Source: Caecitellus pseudoparvulus
Lineage: Eukaryota > Protista > Bigyra: Bicosoecida
Length of the DNA stretch: 64,000 nt
Direction: 5' to 3'
NCBI GenBank assembly: GCA_965644315.1
Contig: CBFFRQ010000056.1
Span: forward strand, 372,001-436,000
The translations under genes and the position numbers were made by a program. The notes below the pieces were generated by a model that worked only from the letters and a program-made list of their open reading frames with translations, ran no database searches and had not been told where the DNA came from. Shown piece by piece: positions 22,490 through 33,500 of the stretch (its first letter is position 1; each line of letters begins with the position of its first letter).

Positions 22490-25220
22490 TCACGCTGAGC
22501 TGCCGGCAGCCCCCCCTGAAGCAGGCTTGCGGCCGTACAACGCCTGCACCTCGTCGCCGTACTTGGCCATGAGTTTCTTGCGTTTCAGCTTGAGGGAGGC
22601 CGTGACGAGGTCCGACTCGGGCGTCCACTCCTCCGTGGCGATGTGGATGGCAGAGGGCGTCTCCGTGCGGGGGAAGTGCTTGGCCTTGGCGATGCGCTGC
22701 AGGTCCTTCAGGATGGCAGTCTTGACGGTGGCACTGCCGGCGGCGTCCTCGGGGGAGGACACGTCCGGAAACTCCGCCCGGATAGCGGGCAGGTCGGGCG
22801 TGACGACGGCCACGGCTGCAGACGCCTCGCCGTCGCCGTACGCCATGATGTTGGTGATGTACGAGCACAGCTTCATGGTGGACTCGATCTTGCCCAGGCT
22901 GATGTACTCCCCCGTGATGAGCTTGACCAGGTCCTTCTTGCGGTCGATGATGGTGAGGATGCCCTGCGGCGACATCTCCCCGATGTCTCCCGTGTGGAAC
23001 CACACCCGCCCCGAGGCGTCCTGCTTGAACTCTTCCTGGGTCTTGCCAGGCAGCTGCCAGTAGCCACCCCCCGCCACGACAGGCCCTGAGATGGCCACTT
23101 CACCCTGCGGCGTCGAACCCGTCGTCATGTACCCGCCTTCCGGCCAGTCCACCAGCTTGATGTCGGCAGACAGCACAGGGGGGCCCACAGTGCCGGGGGT
23201 GAAGTCGGCTGGCCACACGATGGTGCCAGCGCCCATGGTCTCGGTGAGGCCATACCCCTGCCCCACAGGACAGCAGAAGACGACGTTCATGAACTGCTGC
23301 GTCTCTTTGTTCAGGGGGCCGCCTCCGGAGAGGATGGCACGCACACGGCCGCCCAGCGCCTCCGTGCGGATCTTGTCAAACAGCAGGAAGTTCCAGAAGG
23401 GCGAGTCACCGCCCACTCGCATGGCAGCCAGCTTGGCTTGGAAGCCATAGTCGAACAGCGCCTTGACCAGGGGCCCCCGCGCAGCCACCTTGGCAGAGAT
23501 GCCCTTGCGGATCTTCTCCATGATGGCGGGCACGGCAGCCATGGCGGTGGGGCGCAGCACAGCAGCGTCGCCCTTGACGACGGGCACGCCCGCCTCGGCA
23601 TCTGGCACGGGGATGCGCTGGGAAGAGGCGACGAGGGTGTCCTTGGAGCCATACCCAATGGCGCCGCCCCGCGCCAGGATGCACAGCTCTGCAGTCAGCT
23701 CCAGGATGTGGGCCAGGGGCAGGTACGCCATGTACACTTCTTGGTCGTTCAGGTCTGGCACAGAAGAGCCCATGCCTGCGGCAGCAGCGACGAGGTTGCG
23801 GTGGTGGATGACAACGCCTTTGGGCAGCCCCGTGGAGCCGGAGGTGTACTGGATATTGGCGATGGAGTCGGGGGTGGGCTGTGTGTCGGGGGTGTCAGGG
23901 ACGGGGTGTTGTGCCCCCTGCGCCTGCAGCTCTGCGAGGGACAACACCTCGATGCCAGCCTCCACCAGCTCCTGCACGTCGGCCTGGTCGGGGTCCTCTC
24001 CGAAGTACACGACGGTGCGCAGGCTGCGGCAGTGCGCGTCAAACTCCTCGTCGCCGTTGCCAGTGGGAACTGCACGGCCCTTGACGCAGGAGGTGAGCGT
24101 GCTGAGCAAACCCGCGTCGCAAGACATGATGGAGACGCCGGTCTGGGTGATGGCGTATGCGACAGCATCGGCGCCCAGCGTCGCGTACACGGTCACGATG
24201 GGGATGCCGTGGCGGAAGGCGCCGAGGGCCATTTGCATCCAGGATGCACTGCTGTCGGCAAAAATGCCGATGCGGCGGGCGCCCTCCTCCCCCTCGTCGC
24301 GGTCAGGCAGAGCGTTCCACACGCCGGCGCCAGTGTGCTGGACAAGCTGTGCCAGCTCCACGTAGCTGTTCCACTCGTACGCAGGCGCCATGACCCACTT
24401 CTCCACGGTGCGAGTCACCTCCTCGCCATCTCGGTTGGTGAAGGTGACGGTCTGCTGCACCTTGCGCTGTGTGAGGGGGAGTGGCGAGTTGTGTGACGTG
24501 GTGTTGCAGTGGCAGCACGCAAGATGTCGAGCCTCCTCACCTCAATGCGACGCGTGCCCTGAGCAGGGCGTGCACCGTGGCGTGTCACCACGCCATCGAA
24601 GAGCTGCCGTAGGGTTGTCGCACCCTTCCAGTTGTCATGCAGCTCAGCGGTCAAGGAGTTGCGGAAGCTGCCAGTTTCGCCGAGTTGCCCAGCCTGAGCT
24701 GCGATCCGTTGCCCGCGTTCCGTTGCTCGAGGTGCCTTCGTCAAGGGCTCGCCACGAGCGCCTGAAAAAGCCTGCAGCGATAGAGCACAACTATGTGGAG
24801 TACTGGCGGCGGTGATATGAAGGCACGGCAAGCCCCGTCGTGCGCCGTGCACACTCACCAGCAGCACGCAGGGCAGGGTGGCTGCCAACGCCGCGATGGC
24901 GACGTAGGCGCCCAGCGGCAGGGCGCCATGCACGACAGGCTCCTCCCACAGGATAATGAGGCCTACAATAAGCACCACTGAGAATGCCAGGGCCACGAGG
25001 AGGCCGCCGAGCGCTTCCCAGCAGGTGGACTTGGTGAGACCCTGCGGAATCCGAACCGAGGCAAGGTGATACCCCGCCTGCACCTGCTGCTAGCCCTGTG
25101 GGCAGGACGTACCCGCTGCGCGATGCGGCGACTGGCCTCCCAGTCAGCCTGGGCGCCTTCTGACAGAGTGACCATGCCTCTCTCTACGTCTGGGCTTGCT
25201 TCGCGCACTCGCGCGCTCAT
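22490..25220 (-). CDS. Long-chain acyl-CoA synthetase (LACS/ACSL3-4-like) with N-terminal TM segments (three introns)
   Basis: YTSGSTGLPKG, YLPLAHILE, QGYGLTET, WFHTGDIG, IIDRKKDLVKL, GEYISLGKIE and VTASLKLKR. Confidence 0.95.
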
Positions 25221-25398
25221 GTGGGGTTGCTAAACGGCACCCGGCACACATGCAGTGGGGGGAAGCACCCAGAGTGTCATGAAACAGAGGAGAAGATGCA
25301 ATGAGATGTGGAGTTTGCAGTCCTGATGCTGTTGCTTTGTGTCAGGGCAGGCGCCACCCAAACACTTGAAGCAGTTTCAGTTCCTTAGACAAGGCGTC

Positions 25399-25438
25399 TT
25401 ATATATCCAAATATTCCCTTTGTCGCCATGGTCAACAT
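25399..25438 (+). promoter_or_regulatory. TATA-like box plus conserved CATGGTCAACAT upstream of tRNA-Ser (also at ~26109-26147)
   Basis: TTATATATCCAAAT and TTATATAACCAAAT lie ~40 nt upstream of the two tRNAs, and an identical 12-mer with CAA sits immediately 5' of each. Confidence 0.65.
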
Positions 25439-25520
25439 GTCGATGTGTCCGAGTGGTCTAAGGAGAGCGATTAGAAATCGCTTGTTGCAAGACTCGCAGG
25501 TTCGAATCCTGCCGTCGACG
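25439..25520 (+). tRNA. tRNA-Ser (anticodon AGA), copy 1
   Basis: Acceptor GTCGATG/CGTCGAC, D-loop CCGAGTGGTCTAAGG, anticodon arm AGCGA-TTAGAAA-TCGCT, variable arm, GGTTCGAATCC T-loop, discriminator G, and a downstream T-run terminator. Confidence 0.97.
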
Positions 25521-25677
25521 ATTTTCCTTTTTTCTCGTTGACTTGCCCAACCGAACTCGTGAAACCCTGGAATCCTGCTCATTTTGTCCACGAGGAAGGC
25601 ATGATCTTCACAACAGAAGAAGCCGCTCATTGAAGGCAGGTGCAGCAGGATGAACGATGTCTTGGCAGAGGGCGCGA

Positions 25678-25727
25678 CACGGATTGGTGGATCAAGGTTG
25701 ATTCGAAACCTGATCCACCAATCCGTG
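25678..25727. repeat. Near-perfect inverted repeat (17-bp perfect arms plus 4 bp inner stem)
   Basis: CACGGATTGGTGGATCA-a-GGTT-gattcga-AACC-TGATCCACCAATCCGTG. Confidence 0.9.
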
Positions 25728-26147
25728 ACGCACCCGCCCGTCACCTGACAGCGCTATGTATGGAGAGTTTTGACACGTGATTTTACACTAGAGCTCAAAG
25801 GTCTCATTAGGAATTTTGAGTGGGGCATCTGCGCTCTACTGAGAGTGCATCTCCAGACCTGCACTAGTGAGAGGTGGAGGCGGAGCCTTGCACTAGTGGA
25901 TTCTCGCCTGCTGGGCCGCTTGTAAGGTGTTACCCCCCAGCGCACGCCGTCCAGGTGCCGGGCCAGCGAGGGGCTGCATGCGAGAACTTTAAAGGCATTG
26001 GAGGGGGCTTGACTGAACCACGTGCGGTTTGCGCGGCGACATGGAGCTCGAACAACGTGTTGCATAGGTATTCCTTCATAGAGCCCAGATTCACCCAAGA
26101 ATAGTACTTTATATAACCAAATTATCGCCTCCCATCATGGTCAACAT

Positions 26148-26229
26148 GTCGATGTGTCCGAGTGGTCTAAGGAGAGCGATTAGAAATCGCTTGTTGCAAG
26201 ACTCGCAGGTTCGAATCCTGCCGTCGACG
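26148..26229 (+). tRNA. tRNA-Ser (anticodon AGA), copy 2
   Basis: Identical 82-nt sequence to copy 1, followed by a T-run. Confidence 0.97.
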
Positions 26230-26322
26230 ATCTTCCTTTTTCCCCTTTGACACCTCTGCAAAGGAAGGTTGCTCCAATCGACAGCTTCATCAAGTAGACA
26301 CATTCAAAGGCGGCCCAGGTAT

Positions 26323-27899
26323 TCATTGCATTTTTGCCTTGGCTAACTTGCCGGCTTGGAAGAGTGGCGATGGCGTTACGTTGCGCAGCACCACCAGGAG
26401 CAGCGCCACGTTGGCGAGGAAGAAGGCTGCCGAGACAAGCCACACCTCCGCAAACACTGCACGGCCGAGCCACTCCAGCTGAAACGCCGTGGCGATCCAG
26501 GACAACTCCGTGGCAGCCCACAGCAAGCCAGTGAGGATGGCCGTGGGCCAGCCCATGCTGGACGCGGGCGCGATGAGGGGCAGCAGCGCCATCCACCACA
26601 TGAAGTACTGCGCAGTGCACACCTTGTTGAAGGCGACGAAGACGAGGGTCTGCAAGAACAAGGCAAAGGGCAAGTCCCGCGCGTACATGGCGCCCAGTGC
26701 CGCGAGGGTTCCGAACTGGGGCAGGAAGGCGGCTAGGCCGGCCCCGGTGCGGGCGGCGGGCAGGTCGTACTTCAAGTACAGGTCGTAGAAGTACAGGGAG
26801 AAGTTGTGTCGGTTGTCGGCCCGCACGAGGTGGTGCAGCAGGCTCTCGTACAGGAACTCCCAGCCGTACAGAAGGTAGAAGGCAGCTGTGAGGGCGAGGA
26901 AGAGGCCTCCGGAGAGGACGCCGTACATCACGCGCCGGGGAGTGAAGAGGGCCAGCGTGCGGGACAGGGCCACGTCCGGCCACTGCCACAAACCCCACCC
27001 CTGACTGCGCCGCTGGGGAGGTGTCTGCTTCGCCTGCACTGCAGGCCCGTCCAGCACCCAGGCCTGCGGTCTGCTCCACAGGCGGCGAAGCCAGGCCAGA
27101 GTGGCGGCTGACTGCCCCAGAAGCCCGGAGGCCTGGGGGGCAGGCAGGGCCAAGTCTGCAAAGTCAGCAGGGGCGAAGGAAGCATCCATGGCCAAGACCA
27201 GGGGCAGCGCGTACACGATGGGGTAGATCTTCACGTGCACGGCCAAGCCGAAGAGGAGGGCGGACAGGGTCACCCGGCGGGACATGAGAGTGTACACGGT
27301 GGCCAGCACCAGCACCACGACGAGGCCGTCGGCAGAGCCCCGTGTCGCGACGTTGAGGATGAGGGGGTTCAGCAGGTACAGTGCTGAGGCGAACGTGATG
27401 GTGTCATCCGCCACCCCACGCGCAGCCAGGATGAGGCGAATGAGGTGCCCGATGAGCATGTCCACAGCCACGAAGACCAGCTTCCCAAAGACGGGCATGC
27501 CAATGACATTGGGGATCATGCACCATGCCCTGTGCAGGGTCGCGAAGGTGGCGGGTGCGAAGCGGGCTGTGGACGCGAAGTGCGCAGGGCGCTCGCACAG
27601 GAGAGGGGTGTACCGGTAGGTGGCACGGGAATACGGGGAGCGCCCCTGCCAGACTTCCCGTGCGCCATCTGAAAAGACGACGTAGTCAACATCGGTGTAC
27701 TTTTGGTCCACTGCAAGTGATGCGGCGCAGGGGCCCCTGTGTGCCACACTGTAGGGCCGAAAGCTACGCTGCGGATTTTGAGGCGGGCCAACAACTCACG
27801 GTGTGCATCTTGGTACTCGCCCCACCACGTGGTGCCGAGGCGCAGGGCCAAAGCAAGCCACCACAGGCGCTCAAACGTGAGGAGCGCCCTGCCTGCCAT
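26323..27899 (-). CDS. PIGM: GPI mannosyltransferase 1 (two introns)
   Basis: KYTDVDYVVFSDGA, SPYSRATYRYTPLL, TRGSAD, HVKIYPIVY, RADNRHNFS and FNKVCTAQYF. Confidence 0.95.
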
Positions 27900-28183
27900 G
27901 CCTTCGTCGCCCTTGCGGCGAGAGGCACTGCAGGCCCGTTCGCTGTCTGAGATGTGCAGGCCAGAGGCCGGCTTGGCGCGTGGTGCTTCGCAGGCGAGGG
28001 GGCCAGGGTGGGCAGGCACTTGCCTGCCTCACAAACAGGGGTGTGGCGCAAACCCTACTCAATTGTGCGCACTTGCTGAGTCTTCCAATGCCCTGCTGCT
28101 GCTTGCTTGCCACACGCGCAGGCGCTGCCCAGCACCGCGGCCGTACTGCTGGTTGAGGGTATCGATTTCCGCAGTGCGCCGCA

Positions 28184-29200
28184 ATGGCAGCTTCACAGGC
28201 TGCCGACATGAAGCCGGCGACACGCAAGGAGGAGGAGGAGGTGAAGTTGAAGCTTGAAGAGCTAAAGATCGAGAGTGCGTGGTCGTTAGTGCGCTGATTG
28301 AGGCGCACGGGGGTCGGGTCACGCGCCGCGCCCGTTGCGCCCTGCGCAGTGGAGGCCAAGTGTGCCGAGCTGCGTGCCGAGGCCAGGCGCATGGTGTCGT
28401 CCATCAAGAGCAACTTTGGCGTGGAAATGATGAAGATCCCCAAGAAAATCCGATCCATGCCGCTGAGCGAGTTCATGACGGAGTGCGGGGGCGACCTGAG
28501 CGCGGTGCTGGCCCGGGACAGGTCCAGGGCGTTAGCATCGCGGCCTGCCGCCAGCAGCCGCTTCGCCGCCACGACACGCAAGGCCCGCCCGGGCATGCGG
28601 GCAGGCGCCACAGTCAAGGTGCGTTGTGCTGACGTGCCAGTGCGGCGCTTGCGCCACCAGCCACGGCATTTCCTGTGCGCCACACAGAGGCCTCGCGGCA
28701 AGGCCGCAGGGGCGCCGTCGACGCCTGGCGGCGCGGCTGTCACCGGGCGGGTGCGAGGGCCCATCTCCACACCCTCCGCGACGTCGTCTGCATTGAAGCC
28801 ACACATGGGCACCAGCAGCAAGGCCCTGCACGTGACGGGGGCACCCTGCACTCCCAGCGTGCGTGCCACTGCCCGCGCAGCCCGCTGTGCCAGGCTGCCG
28901 CTCAGCGGCCCTCTCTCGCCCCTTTCGCAGATGGCTCGGCAGCCCAGGAAGGGCGAGGCCATCATGTCTGTGCGGGGGTCCCCGCTGGGCGCCTTTGCCT
29001 CCACGCAGGTAGCCCTGGCATCGGCTGCGGCGTCCACAGCCAGTGTCACCGCCGCACTGGATTCAGCGGGTGGCTCGGTTGTGCAGTTGGCAGACAGCAC
29101 GTCTGCGGGGCAGCTCAGCGCGGCGGAGAAGGAAGAAGCAGCCAACAAGATCGCATCTCTGCAAGCGCAGCTGAGTCAGCTCATGAGTGCACTGCAGTGA
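28184..29200 (+). CDS. Borealin/Nbl1-like chromosomal passenger complex subunit (three introns)
   Basis: The spliced N-terminus LEELKIEMEAKCAELR...EMMKIPKKIRSMPLSEF matches the borealin N-terminal helix pattern. The later RQPRKGEAIMSVRGSPL motif is also typical of borealins. Confidence 0.75.
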
Positions 29201-29236
29201 GGCTGTCTGGTCGGCGTGGCGGCGGCGTGGCGCTGC

Positions 29237-29619
29237 CTAGCGTCCGGGGCTGCTGGGTGTGGGCGAGGGAAGCGGCGTCTTCACGCCGCCCCTTCCGTAT
29301 TTCTGCAGGATCCAATCCACTTTTTCTTCACTTTCCTGCCACAAGAGGGCCAACTCGTCGGGTCTGGTCTCGAAGCTGTTTGCGTCGAATTCCTGGGAAT
29401 CACGGGGGGGGGAGTGTGCAAGGCAGTGATGTCATGCACGACAGTGCCAATTTCCGCAGCAAACACACGCACCGCACGGGCCATCTGGCAGTAGTAGTCG
29501 CGTTCACCCCCCTCTGCAGGCAATTCTTGTAGATTTCGGAGCACCCAGCGGTACAGTCGCGGCGCGTGGAACATCCGCCGAGCCAGGGCTGCCTCCACGG
29601 CCAACTTCTGCGCGGCCAT
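29237..29619 (-). CDS. LYR-motif protein, LYRM9-like (one intron)
   Basis: RLYRWVLRNLQELP...DYY...ARA|EFDANSFETRPDE...DWILQKY. Confidence 0.75.
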
Positions 29620-29917
29620 GCCTGACGGTGCTCACTGCAGCTCTGATTCCCGCACAAGGGCGAATGGTGTGGCCCAAGGCGCCTTGCATAAGACAAATGA
29701 AGCAGGGTAGCGCAGGTTGTGAGGTAGGTGGGAATTGGTGCGGAGCTCTGCGTGTGAATCTTTCAACACCTTCCTGCACAGCGGCTCTGGCAACCAGCCT
29801 CTCAACCGCCCGCATGAGGTGGGATCAAAGGACGCTGCTGACTGCATCAGCCCCCATGCCATGCAAGTGTTGCGAGGCGGCAGCACCTCGCAGGGCGTGT
29901 GTGGATTCCTCCTGCAT

Positions 29918-30292
29918 TCACCGGCCGGCCTTCAGCGCCTGCACCTCCTGCTCCAGCTTGGCAATGGACTGCCGCAGGCGCCTGTTCTCGGCCACTACGT
30001 CTGTCTTCAAGTTGTAAATGCTCTGCTCAATCTGCACGGTGCTGTCCCACACGTCCTTGTGCACGGCGTAGAAGGCCACCCCACTGCCAGCTGCGGCACC
30101 AATGAGAAACGCGCCGGTCTTGGCAAACAGGCCAGGCCCGCGCTTGACGACGGTCGGCGCCGCCTTCGGCGCAGCTGCCACCGACGAAACGGCAGAGGAA
30201 GACTCCTTCGCAACTGTGACAGCGTCACTGCTCATGACGCGGGCAGCACGGGGCAGGGCGCTGCTCGCGCGTCGGGCCAACAGACTGGCCAT
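29918..30292 (-). CDS. Small mitochondrial single-pass membrane protein with C-terminal coiled coil
   Basis: Arg/Ser/Ala-rich presequence (MASLLARRASSALPRAARVMSS), GxxxG-rich TM (GAFLIGAAAGSGVAFY) and a heptad tail. Confidence 0.7.
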   Translation of the reverse strand: MASLLARRASSALPRAARVMSSDAVTVAKESSSAVSSVAAAPKAAPTVVKRGPGLFAKTGAFLIGAAAGSGVAFYAVHKDVWDSTVQIEQSIYNLKTDVVAENRRLRQSIAKLEQEVQALKAGR

Positions 30293-30554
30293 GGCTGGTG
30301 CTGGTGGCGAGGGTGCCAAGCGGGGGGAGCGAGCCAAGCAAGGTGGCATGAGGGCAGAGCCGCGGTGTGGGCGTGGCTGAGGGGATATGTGTAATGTGCA
30401 TTGGTCGCTGCGTTGCCCCTGTCCTGGGAGCCACGCTGGGGCGGGCACGGGCGGACGACGCTCCGGCGCCATCCGCCAACAGAGCCCTGGAAGGCCAATG
30501 ACGACAGCTCCACCCATGCTAGCAGCTGTGCAGCGTGGTGAAGGATGGTAGTGT

Positions 30555-33500
30555 TCACTTCTTCTCCACGTCCTGGTAGTAGCGCTTGAGGCAGCCGCAG
30601 AAGTCGATGGCTTTGAGCATGCGGGCGGAGACGAGCTCCACGGAGTAGAAGATGGTGATGAGGCCGAAGACGAAGTACGCCCCGTTCATCATCCACATGA
30701 ACACGGTGATGGTGATGGCGTCGCCGCCCTCCTGGCCCTCAGCGTCGGCTGCCACCAGGAGCAGGCCCAGGATCATGGTGATCACCACCAGCAGCAGTGA
30801 AGCGGCGGCGAGGTAGTTCACGGTGCGGGACAGGTATGGCATGGCCAGCAGCTGGGCAGAGAGTGCCAGCACAGCCAGCACACACCCCAGCGTGCCCTGC
30901 ACCGCCACGCCTGAGGAGCCGAAGACGACGGAGATGAAGGAGAGCGCCACCTTCTCGCTCTGCACCACCAGCTCCCACATGTAGTACTTGTGAGAGTAAT
31001 CCGCATACACGAAGCCCAGCGTCTGCTTCACCTGGCGCACGATGGGCACGCGGTAATTCTCGCTCTGCACCTCCCGGATGGCGCCCACCAGCAGCACTGC
31101 GCCGAAGGCGGGGATGCCCACCGCGTAGGCCAGGAAGCCCACAATGCCCGCCAAAACGCGCAAGAAGCGCGAGTCAGGGTCATCACACCGCACGGAGAAA
31201 TCCCCCTGCAGCACACTCACACCCGCGACGTCCACACAGGTGAGCAGGTCCAGGGAGGACCGCACCATGCTCATGTGCAGCAGGAAGCCTGAGGCGATGA
31301 AGGCGACGATGAGGCGGGAGAAATTGGGGTGTGACACCACCCGCAGGGTTGTGCGGCGCAGGCAGCCAAAGGTGGCGTGCTTCACCCGCCCCCAGCAGGA
31401 GCCGTCGTGTGTCAGCTCCATCACGTGCTGGATAGCCTCGGCGCGCTCCATCACGGAGCGCTCAGCGGCTGGAGAGGCCCGCACCGGCATGCTGCGAGTG
31501 CCGGAGCGCGCAGCGCCAAGCGGCATGCTTGGCGTGCCTGATGCCCGCACAGCGAGGGCGTTGCTTGTGCCGGCGCCCGTGCCTGCTGCGGCGCCCGCCG
31601 GCCCCTCCTCCGCCTCCACCAGAGGCCCCCCCAGATCAAAGGCGACCTTGCCACTGCTGCTGCGAGGCGACAGCACCACAGGTGTGACGGGGGCCGACGC
31701 GTGCCCCGTTGCAGACTGCGTGGACTCCAGGGGGGATGCGGTGATGGAGCGCACGCCGGCACGGCTGACGGCAGTGCCCTTGTACACGCGGCGCATGCTG
31801 CCCAGCTTGGACGCCACGACGACGGACAGCTTGCGGTCCAGCCAGGGGATGTTGGGCACCACCACCAGCCACAGCAGCACCATGAACACGGCGACGATGA
31901 CGGGGATGAGCAGCAGCGTGACGTTCTTGAGGATGAACTTGGAGGTGAGCGCGTCGTTGCGCTCGGAGGGCGGCAGGAGGCAGTCCGTGGAGATGACCTC
32001 CCCGCCCACACTGGACGCGAAGTCTGCGATGGAGAAGAGGCTGACCAGCTCCCGAGGCCACTGGAATGGAAAATTGGCGGCGATGGAGAGGTACTGCAGG
32101 TGCCCCAGCAACAACTTGAGCGCGGTGACCAGGGGCGTTGCCACGGACTTCTCGTGGTACCGCTTGCGAAGGGAGGTGGCGGAGTTGACGAGGGACACCA
32201 CCACCATGCCCACCAACATGGCAACTGCCAGCACCACCACCGTGACTGTGAGACCCACCACCAGCCCAGGCTCGGCACACTCCAAGCACTCCTTCGCCTC
32301 GCCATTGCCCACCGCGATGTACCCCTCCTCACACACACCACACAGCACGCCGGTGTACCCTTCCGCACACCCGGACCCCGTGATGCCGCTGGAGCGCAGC
32401 TGCCCTGACATGACGGCGCTGGTGGGGTTGCCACCCGCCGCTTCCACGCTGGCTGCGATGTTGGAGGCCACCAGGCCCATGCTGGATGCGGAGGTGGCTT
32501 GCTCCGACGCCCAGGCCCGCACCAGCACCGCCGCGGCGTCGTGCTCGGCCAGCCCCCCTGAGGACACGTTGCCCACTAGGCGCGAGTTCTCCAGCAGGCG
32601 CAGCAGGCGGCCACGGGCGGCGCCAGACACAGGGCTGATGGGCAGTTCCTCCTCAGCCGGTGCAGGGCAGGAGAGGTCTCCTGACGGACACGGCAAGAAC
32701 ATGTCCCCGGCGTCCCCGGTGCCAAGGGCTGTGCCCAAGGGCCGAGGCACCCGGAAGAATCCCCGGGCAGCAACGATGTCTTCAAAGGCAGCCCCCTCAC
32801 AGATGGCCCCCACCGGACAGGGCTTGCACGACACCTGTTGGGTGGCTTCCAGGGTCCTCGCGGCGGTCTGGGCTTCCTCAGGCGTGCTCTGCAGGTACTG
32901 CAGCATGGGGCGGGTGTCCAAGTACTCATCCACATCACAGTTGTCCATGAGAGGGCCTGCAGGGGGCCCCATCGCGCCACGCGTTGCCGCTGCACCTTGA
33001 AGGTCCTGGGCCGAAGAGCCCGTGACGGGGGCCACCGTCACGAACTGAGCCCCTTCGCCCAGCTCGATTCGTGCGGAGAAGGAGAGGGAGGTGGTCGTCT
33101 GCAGGCGGCGGCTGGTGGCGACCTGTGACCTGTCGCCCCACAGGGCCATCGTGGAGGCAGTGGGGGTGTACGCGTGGCAGTGGGAAGCGCTGCCGTTGGT
33201 GGTGGAGGCAGCAGCTGCCGGGACAAAACTCTCAGAGGCACCTGTGCTCAGGCTGCCGCCCGACTGCACCACCCAGCCTGCCAAGCCAAATGCTTGCACA
33301 GCAGCATCAGGAGCAAAGGTCCACTCCACTATGGCAAAGCCGATGTCAACAGAGGACCGGTAGATGCAGACATCCTCTCCAACGGCCGTAGACGGGCGGG
33401 GGTCCTGCAGGTACGTCCAGGACACAAGGGAGGGGGCCGACACCGTGAACCCGGAGGCCAGCTCCAGGGTCACAGGCAAATCTACCAGGCCCAACAAGTC

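Noticed and set aside
25521-26147. Integrated element using tRNA-Ser as att site
   Set aside because: Both tRNAs are full length with their own upstream promoter motifs, which fits tandem duplication; no integrase is present.
14084-27899. Lipid-metabolism gene cluster (CEPT, carrier, LACS, PIG-M)
   Set aside because: Interspersed with unrelated housekeeping genes in mixed orientation; no evidence for co-regulation.
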